Shown here: one piece after another, positions 57,870-64,000 of the stretch
How the letters are laid out: the number at the start of each line of letters is the position of its first letter
Numbering within the stretch: the first letter of the stretch is position 1
Origin: Bacteroidota bacterium
Lineage (GTDB): Bacteria; Bacteroidota; Bacteroidia; 2-12-FULL-35-15
Length of the DNA: 64,000 nt
Direction of reading: 5' to 3'
Assembly: GCA_025363555.1 (NCBI GenBank)
Contig: JANYDQ010000236.1
Coordinates: forward strand, 3,741-67,740
The notes under the pieces: model-generated
Databases searched by the model: none
Seen by the model: the letters and a program-made list of their open reading frames with translations, nothing else
What the model was told of the DNA's origin: nothing
Program-made: the position numbers and the translations under genes

Positions 57870-60617
57870 ATGAAAAAAATAAAATCAGCTGGTTTATTAT
57901 TCTTAATTATTATTTCTACTACGGCTTTTGCTCAACTAAAACGTGCCAATAAATTTTACGACCATTATGATTATGCCCGGGCAATAGAGCTTTATAAAAA
58001 ACTATTGAACAAAGAGGAAGATGCTGAAGCGTTAGAAAAAATTGCCAACTGCTATCGTTTAACCAGAAATTATGCTAAAGCTGAACAGTTTTATTCCCGC
58101 CTCATTACTATTCCCGGTATCAATCCTGTTAATCATTTTTATTATGGCGAAGTACTGAAAAATCAAAACAAACCGGACGAAGCCAAGCAGCAGTTTAATT
58201 TGTATTTGAATACCGTGCCCAACGACAGGGAAGTGCAGGAGTCGGTAAAATCGTGCGACAATGTTAAAATCTGGGTAAAAAAAACACAGCAATTCGACAT
58301 TACACCCGTTGCTGGTTTAAATACCTCTCATTCCGAATTCAGTCCATCTATTGTAAAAGATAAATTAATTTTTACATCCGACCGCACACAAGACCTGGTA
58401 AATAACTTTAACTATTCATGGAACAAGCAACCGTTTCTGAACGAATACTATGTCACCATTCTTGGTAAAAAAGACAGTAATTTGGTTTTGTCAAAAACTC
58501 CTAAATTAATGCCATGGCCCGTAAATACTGCTTTTCACGATGGACCCATGTGTTTTGATGAAAAAACAAATACCATGTATATTACCCGCGTAGATTATGA
58601 AGTAAAAAAAAGAAATCTAAAATTTATTAATCGTCCCAAATTGTTTTCTGCCACCATGGTGGGAAATAACTGGGAAGACATGAAGCCCTTTAAATATAAC
58701 AGCGATGATTATTCTGTTGCTCACCCCAGTGTTTCTTCTGATGGTCAGTGGTTATTTTTCGCTTCCGATATGCCGGGCGGAAAAGGCGGATTTGATATTT
58801 ACAGATGCCACAAAGAAACGGATGGCTGGGGAATTCCCGAAAACCTGGGCGATGAGGTAAACAGTGCGAACGAAGAATTGTTTCCATTTATTCGCAAAGA
58901 TGGCACATTGTACTTTGCCTCCGACCGCCATACCGGTTTTGGCGGATTAGATGTTTTTTCTGCAACCATGGTAAATAATAAATATAGCGGGGTTTCTAAT
59001 CTTGGCGCTCCGCTCAATTCCTCTACCGATGATTTCGGAATTATTTTTACAGACGATTTTACAAGGGGTTATTTTTCGTCCGACAGGGCTTCGGGCAAAG
59101 GTGCAGACGATATATATAGTTTTATAGCGCTCAATAAATACATCCAAATTGAAGGGAAATTATTATTGAGCCAAAATATAAATGACCCGTTGAAAAATAT
59201 GCAGATTAAATTATTAACCGAAGATGGAAAATTAATTAATTCAACTGTCACCGATAGCATCGGGCATTTTAAATTCGAAAACCTGAATCCCGATATTAAA
59301 TATTTAGTACAACTGGACGAAACCAACCCTCAACTGGTGGACAAAGACAAAGTGTATATGGCAAACACGAATGATAAAATTGTCAGAGTAATAGTGATAA
59401 ACGACAGAGGAGGGAAATTTATTTTCAACGATTTGCCTCTTGACCCCAATGAAATGGAATTGATACCCGTAGCTAATGATGCCACTTTTGCTGGTAATTT
59501 ACTATACGGAACTGACCCTTCCAAACCATTAGCAAATCAGAAAGTTAATTTAGTAAACGATAAAGGGGAAATAATAGCCACTACTACTACTAATAGTAAA
59601 GGAGCTTTTGTGTTCCGTAATTTACCTGCTGACCAGAATTTTCTTGTAAAGGTGGATGAATCAAATCCTAAACTGGAAGCAAATACCAAAATAACAATTA
59701 CCAATAAAAAAGGGGAAGAAATGCAAACTACCAATGCGGGAGACAAAGGGCAGTTTAAATTCACGTTTTTATCTTCAGACAAAGTTACTATGAAAGAAAT
59801 GTCGGTGGAAGACAGTGAACTTAAATTTGATTTTAAAGGAAGATTAGCCAATGAATACAAATCTCCGCTAATAAATTCGGTGGTTAATTTGGTAAACGAA
59901 AAAGGAGAGATTTTGAAAACCACCCGCACCGATGCAAAAGGCGGTTTTCAGTTTGTTAACCTGCCAAGCGACAAAAGTATGTTATTTGCTCTTGAAGAAG
60001 AAAATGACAGCAAAATACAATCAAGTAACAAATTATTTTTAACGGATTCTAATGGTAAAATTATAAAAGAATTTACTCGGAATAAAAACGGCAAATTCGA
60101 TTTCACACTTTTGCCCAGCGACCTGAAAAAATTAGGAGAATTATATGTAGATGATACGCAGCTTTCGTTTACTCATAAAAAAACAACTCCAAAAGCAGGA
60201 ATAAAAACGGAACCAAAAACGGAACCCAAAACAAATGAGACAATAGCAACCATCGAAAATCTGTATTACGATTTTGACGAGTATTTAATATTACCCCAAT
60301 CCATTAAAACACTTTATAAGATAACAGATATTATGCAAAAAAATCCTGACTATTTTATTGAGTTCTCTTCCTATTCTGATGCCCGGGGCACTGCCGATTA
60401 CAATTTGAAATTATCCATGCGCAGAGCAAAATCGGCAAAGGACTTTTTAATTGTGGAAGGAATTGATGCTAAAAGAATTTCAGCAAAAGGCTATGGTGAA
60501 ACTAATTTAGTGAATAGTTGCGGGGATAATAAGGAATGTTCGGAAGAACAACACCAGGAAAACAGGCGAACGGAGGTAAAAATATTTAAAAAACAGGAAG
60601 TATTAAGCAGGAAGTAA
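57870..60617 (+). CDS. OmpA-family peptidoglycan-associated protein with TPR, propeller-like and CarboxypepD_reg-like repeats
   Basis: Start at MKKIKSAGLLFL (57870); C-terminal OmpA block NLKLSMRRAKSAKDFL...NRRTEVKI; usual partner of PorP/SprF operons. Confidence 0.8.
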   Translation: MKKIKSAGLLFLIIISTTAFAQLKRANKFYDHYDYARAIELYKKLLNKEEDAEALEKIANCYRLTRNYAKAEQFYSRLITIPGINPVNHFYYGEVLKNQNKPDEAKQQFNLYLNTVPNDREVQESVKSCDNVKIWVKKTQQFDITPVAGLNTSHSEFSPSIVKDKLIFTSDRTQDLVNNFNYSWNKQPFLNEYYVTILGKKDSNLVLSKTPKLMPWPVNTAFHDGPMCFDEKTNTMYITRVDYEVKKRNLKFINRPKLFSATMVGNNWEDMKPFKYNSDDYSVAHPSVSSDGQWLFFASDMPGGKGGFDIYRCHKETDGWGIPENLGDEVNSANEELFPFIRKDGTLYFASDRHTGFGGLDVFSATMVNNKYSGVSNLGAPLNSSTDDFGIIFTDDFTRGYFSSDRASGKGADDIYSFIALNKYIQIEGKLLLSQNINDPLKNMQIKLLTEDGKLINSTVTDSIGHFKFENLNPDIKYLVQLDETNPQLVDKDKVYMANTNDKIVRVIVINDRGGKFIFNDLPLDPNEMELIPVANDATFAGNLLYGTDPSKPLANQKVNLVNDKGEIIATTTTNSKGAFVFRNLPADQNFLVKVDESNPKLEANTKITITNKKGEEMQTTNAGDKGQFKFTFLSSDKVTMKEMSVEDSELKFDFKGRLANEYKSPLINSVVNLVNEKGEILKTTRTDAKGGFQFVNLPSDKSMLFALEEENDSKIQSSNKLFLTDSNGKIIKEFTRNKNGKFDFTLLPSDLKKLGELYVDDTQLSFTHKKTTPKAGIKTEPKTEPKTNETIATIENLYYDFDEYLILPQSIKTLYKITDIMQKNPDYFIEFSSYSDARGTADYNLKLSMRRAKSAKDFLIVEGIDAKRISAKGYGETNLVNSCGDNKECSEEQHQENRRTEVKIFKKQEVLSRK

Positions 60618-60630
60618 AAAGCATTAAGAT

Positions 60631-60668
60631 AAAAAAATCCGCTACGTTTTAACCTAGCGGATTTTTTA
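60631..60668. terminator. bidirectional rho-independent terminator
   Basis: ATCCGCTA-N10-TAGCGGAT flanked by A7 and T6. Confidence 0.65.
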
Positions 60669-60694
60669 TTCCATCTGAATTCTTTGTACTTTGC

Positions 60695-61132
60695 TTATTT
60701 ATCTAAATCTTCAAAGTTCACATCCGTAAAACTATTATCCGTTTTAGGAATTTCATTTTCCTGTTTCGTATCCACAAAAGGCGTTTCACTTCTTTCGTGA
60801 TATTGACGTGGTTCAATTTCAGGAGAGTTTGTTTTGATATGTGCCAATGTTTCCGTTAGCCCTTCCACAAATCTTTCAAAATCTTCTTTATATAGAAACA
60901 ATTTATGTTTCTCATAAATAAATTTCCCATCATCATTCATTCTTTTTTTGCTTTCGGTAATAGTTAAGTAGAGTTCATTTTGCCTGGTGTTTTTCACATC
61001 AAAAAAATAAGTCCTTTTACCTGCTCTTACTGATTTTGAAAAAATTTCATCTCTTTCAATTCCGTTTTTTTCTTTTCCTTCTTCCATCGTTTTTTTAATA
61101 TTGTTTATCGTTGTTAAATCTTCGGTCGGCAA
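60695..61132 (-). CDS. DUF3276 (PUR-alpha-like nucleic-acid-binding) protein
   Basis: 145 aa; SKSVRAGKRTYFFDVKNTRQNELYLTITESKK pattern. Confidence 0.8.
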   Translation of the reverse strand: MPTEDLTTINNIKKTMEEGKEKNGIERDEIFSKSVRAGKRTYFFDVKNTRQNELYLTITESKKRMNDDGKFIYEKHKLFLYKEDFERFVEGLTETLAHIKTNSPEIEPRQYHERSETPFVDTKQENEIPKTDNSFTDVNFEDLDK

Positions 61133-61205
61133 ATGTTTACATAATATTCAGCATAACCAAATCTTGTTAATAAATATTTTGTTAATAAATCACAAAACGG
61201 CAATT

Positions 61206-64000
61206 CTATTTCACCAACATTACGCTTCCCTGCTCTTTCGCTATTTCACCATTACAGAAGGTAACTTCCAGTTTATACACAAATTCATTATTGTTCATGG
61301 GCAGACCATGCAATGTCCCATCCCAGCCTTCAAGCAAATCCGATGTTTCAAAAACTTTTTCACCCACACGGTCAAATATTTTCAGGTTGATGAAATCAAT
61401 ACCTCTGCCCTGCACAAGAAGAATATCATTATTTCCATCACCATTTGGAGAAAATCCTGTCGGCATAAAATAAGTATAACGAGCAGTAACGTTTACCACT
61501 GTAGTATCCGTATTAACGCAACCGTTCACATCCTGGTAGGTAACATAATATTGTTGACTTAGGTTAGGAGAAACAGTGGCTGTTTGGCACGTGCCACAAG
61601 CAAGGTGAATGTTTGGTCCCCACAAATAAGAAAGTCCTGTAGGTTGAGCCGTCAGGTCCGTACTTTCACAGGCATTGATACTCGTATTTCCCGTAATGGT
61701 AACAGGTATAGGTGTTACAATATGTATGTAACCGGTTCTTATCATCGTATCCGTCCCTCCCGAATTGCTCACAATTAATGTTACAGTATAGTTTCCCGGG
61801 GCGGAATAACACACATTAATAGGTCCGCTGGTGATGGCAGTAGCAGGTGTCCCCCCCGGAAATGACCAACTCCAGGTCGTTGGTGGTCCTATACTCAAAT
61901 TAGTAAAGTTAACACAACCGCTGTTGCAAAGCAATGTGTCATTTGCCACAAAGTTGGCAGTTGGCGGGGTACAACTGTTTACGGTAACTGTGGCAACAGC
62001 CGTATTCGAACAACCGTTTGTGGTTCCAGTTACCGTGTAAGTAATAGTTCCTAAAGTGCCAGGTGTGGCCGTGGCAGTGCTCACTCCAGTTGAAGTGGCT
62101 CCTGCACTCCAATTATAGGTAGTTCCACCTGTTGCCGTTAAAGTAGCAGCAGTTCCTAAACAAATAGATGGCGAATTAACTGTTACTACCGGAATCGGGT
62201 TGGCAGTAATAGTTACCTGAGAAGTGGTTGGCGCACATGGCGAACTGGTAATGGTCCATTGAAAAACATTCGCTCCGGTTCCCAATCCCGTGAGCCCCGA
62301 TGTGGGTGAGGTGGATGCGGTAATGGTTCCCGCTCCGCTTATTAATGTCCAAAGTCCTGAACCTATACTTGCGGTATTCCCGGCAAGTGTGGCAGTCGTT
62401 CCGCAAATAGTTTGGTTAAGTCCTGCTGCCGCTATGGTTGGTGCCGGGTTAACTGTTATCGTTACCTGCGAAGAGGAAGACGGGCAGGGAGCGTTCGATA
62501 TGGTCCATTGAAACACATTGGCTCCTGCCCCCAGGGCAGTAACCGTTGATGTCGGAGATGTCGGAGTAGTAATGGTTCCCGCTCCTGAAATTAATGTCCA
62601 TAACCCTGTGCCGGCAATAGCTGTATTTCCTGACAAAGTAGCCGAAGGGGTACAGATAGATTGATTTGCCCCCGCAACCGATACTGTTGGTGTAAGGGAT
62701 GATGTTATTGTTACCTGTGATGTAGAGGCAGGACAAGGCAGATTATCTATTTCCCATTGAAACACATTGGCTCCTGCACCCATCCCGGTAATGGTTGTGG
62801 TTGGAGAAGTTGGGGTTGTAATGGTTCCTGTTCCACTTATTAATGTCCAAAGTCCTGTTCCCACCACAGAAGTATTTGCTGCCATTGTTGCATTTGCTCC
62901 GCAAACGGTTTGGTTAGGTCCGGCTGCTGCTGTGGTTGGTCCTCCTGTATTGGTAATGGTTACCTGCGAGGAGGAAGAAGCACAAGGAGCATTGGAAATT
63001 GTCCATTGAAAAACATTAGCTCCTGCTCCTAAACCTGTAACTATTGATGTTTCTGATGTAGGTGTAGTTATTGTTCCTGTTCCGCTTACCAATGTCCATA
63101 AACCTGTTCCAAAGGTTGCAACGTTTCCGGCAAAGGTTGCCGATGTGGAACAAATGATTTGGTTCGCTCCCGCTGCCGCTAAGGTTGGAGTAGCTACTGA
63201 TGTTATAGTAACCTGCGATGTACTTGCCGGGCAGGGAAGATTATCTATTTCCCATTGAAACACATTGGCTCCTGCACCCATCCCGGTAATGGTTGTGGTT
63301 GGAAAAGTTGGAGTGGTGATTATTCCTGTTCCGCTTATTAACGTCCAAAGTCCTGTTCCTACAACAGGAGTATTTCCAGCCATTGTTGCATTCGCTCCGC
63401 AAACCATTTGGTTAGGCCCTGCAACTGCTGTGGTTGGTCCCCCTGTGTTGGTAATGGTTACCTGAGATGAAGAAGAAGGACAAGGCGCATTGGAAATTGT
63501 CCATTGAAAAACATTAGCTCCAACTCCTAAGCCTGTTAAGCCTGATGTTTCTGATGCAGTTGTGGTTATTGTTCCTGTTCCGCTTACCAATATCCATAAA
63601 CCTGTTCCAACGAGTGCCGTATTTCCTGCTAAGGTTGCTGTGGCTGAACAAATGGTCTGGTTAGGTCCTGCCGTGGCTAATGTTGGAGTAGCCACTGATG
63701 TGATGGTTACCTGTGATGTGCTTGGAGCGCAAGGGAGATTATCTATTTCCCATTGAAATACATTTGTTCCCAAGCCTAAGCCTGTTATTCCTGTTGTTGG
63801 AGATGTTGGTGTTGTAATTGTTCCGGTTCCACTAATTAAGGTCCAAAGTCCTGTTCCCACCATAGGAGTATTTGCTGCCATAGTTGCATTCGCTCCGCAA
63901 ACCGTTTGGTTAGGTCCTGCAACTGCTGTGGTTGGCCCTCCTGTGTTGGTAATTGTTACCTGGGATGAGGAGGAAGGACAAGGAGCATTGGAAATTGTCC
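61206..64000 (-). CDS. giant modular T9SS type-B (CHU_C) adhesin, 5-prime end beyond the window
   Basis: The frame stays open to position 64000. About 83-aa modules alternate (..VFQWEIDNLPC.. / ..VFQWTISNAPC..). PKD-like region; C-terminal FSPNGDGNNDILLV...GSVMLVK. Confidence 0.85.
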   Translation of the reverse strand, partial: TISNAPCPSSSSQVTITNTGGPTTAVAGPNQTVCGANATMAANTPMVGTGLWTLISGTGTITTPTSPTTGITGLGLGTNVFQWEIDNLPCAPSTSQVTITSVATPTLATAGPNQTICSATATLAGNTALVGTGLWILVSGTGTITTTASETSGLTGLGVGANVFQWTISNAPCPSSSSQVTITNTGGPTTAVAGPNQMVCGANATMAGNTPVVGTGLWTLISGTGIITTPTFPTTTITGMGAGANVFQWEIDNLPCPASTSQVTITSVATPTLAAAGANQIICSTSATFAGNVATFGTGLWTLVSGTGTITTPTSETSIVTGLGAGANVFQWTISNAPCASSSSQVTITNTGGPTTAAAGPNQTVCGANATMAANTSVVGTGLWTLISGTGTITTPTSPTTTITGMGAGANVFQWEIDNLPCPASTSQVTITSSLTPTVSVAGANQSICTPSATLSGNTAIAGTGLWTLISGAGTITTPTSPTSTVTALGAGANVFQWTISNAPCPSSSSQVTITVNPAPTIAAAGLNQTICGTTATLAGNTASIGSGLWTLISGAGTITASTSPTSGLTGLGTGANVFQWTITSSPCAPTTSQVTITANPIPVVTVNSPSICLGTAATLTATGGTTYNWSAGATSTGVSTATATPGTLGTITYTVTGTTNGCSNTAVATVTVNSCTPPTANFVANDTLLCNSGCVNFTNLSIGPPTTWSWSFPGGTPATAITSGPINVCYSAPGNYTVTLIVSNSGGTDTMIRTGYIHIVTPIPVTITGNTSINACESTDLTAQPTGLSYLWGPNIHLACGTCQTATVSPNLSQQYYVTYQDVNGCVNTDTTVVNVTARYTYFMPTGFSPNGDGNNDILLVQGRGIDFINLKIFDRVGEKVFETSDLLEGWDGTLHGLPMNNNEFVYKLEVTFCNGEIAKEQGSVMLVK

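Noticed and set aside
61291-63756. Several 60-80-aa plus-strand ORFs (MAPAPIPVMVVVG...)
   Set aside because: They are antisense to the continuous, domain-bearing adhesin ORF. Their periodic recurrence simply mirrors its modules.

Overview
AT-rich chromosomal segment of a Bacteroidota bacterium. The assignment rests on gldB/gldC, PorP/SprF, many T9SS type-A and type-B C-terminal sorting domains, a TTTG/TAnnTTTG-type promoter and A-rich leaders without Shine-Dalgarno sequences. The backbone is housekeeping: prenyl-diphosphate synthase, rlmN, rnr, the yceD-rpmF-plsX-fabH-accB-accC lipid operon, nadE, murF, an rsmB-like methyltransferase, rbfA, and msbA-like and lolE-like transporters. Between these sit regulatory modules (a PAS histidine kinase with a LytTR response regulator, two ECF sigma/anti-sigma pairs, a YfiR-TPR-HAMP/PP2C set). 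There is also a heavy surface-protein load: six T9SS cargo genes, a 1429-aa collagen-like protein, and a modular adhesin that runs off the right edge. I recognised no rRNA, tRNA, CRISPR array or known defence system. The most unusual signal is a family of intergenic tandem arrays that share a ~21-nt phase and mostly dyad-symmetric units. The best is 12 x 21 bp at 55642-55893; others are at 22527-22737, 41991-42116, 14087-14170 and 3483-3580. Two of them lie directly upstream of T9SS cargo genes. Their function is unknown and all interpretations offered are hypotheses. Other points: (1) a 1.35-kb gene-free junkyard (MITE-like element, a 21-mer present four times, an IS110-type transposase remnant) next to an orphan 1091-aa RecQ-like helicase with unassigned N- and C-terminal regions; (2) at least five single-nucleotide frame disruptions and one nonsense codon, all in accessory genes, which could be decay or assembly error; (3) an unlisted 33-aa Lys/Ala-rich H1-like ORF; (4) 8-nt periodic AACAATWW leaders; (5) GC-rich hairpin REP-like elements. 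Product calls come from motif recognition by eye, not from searches.
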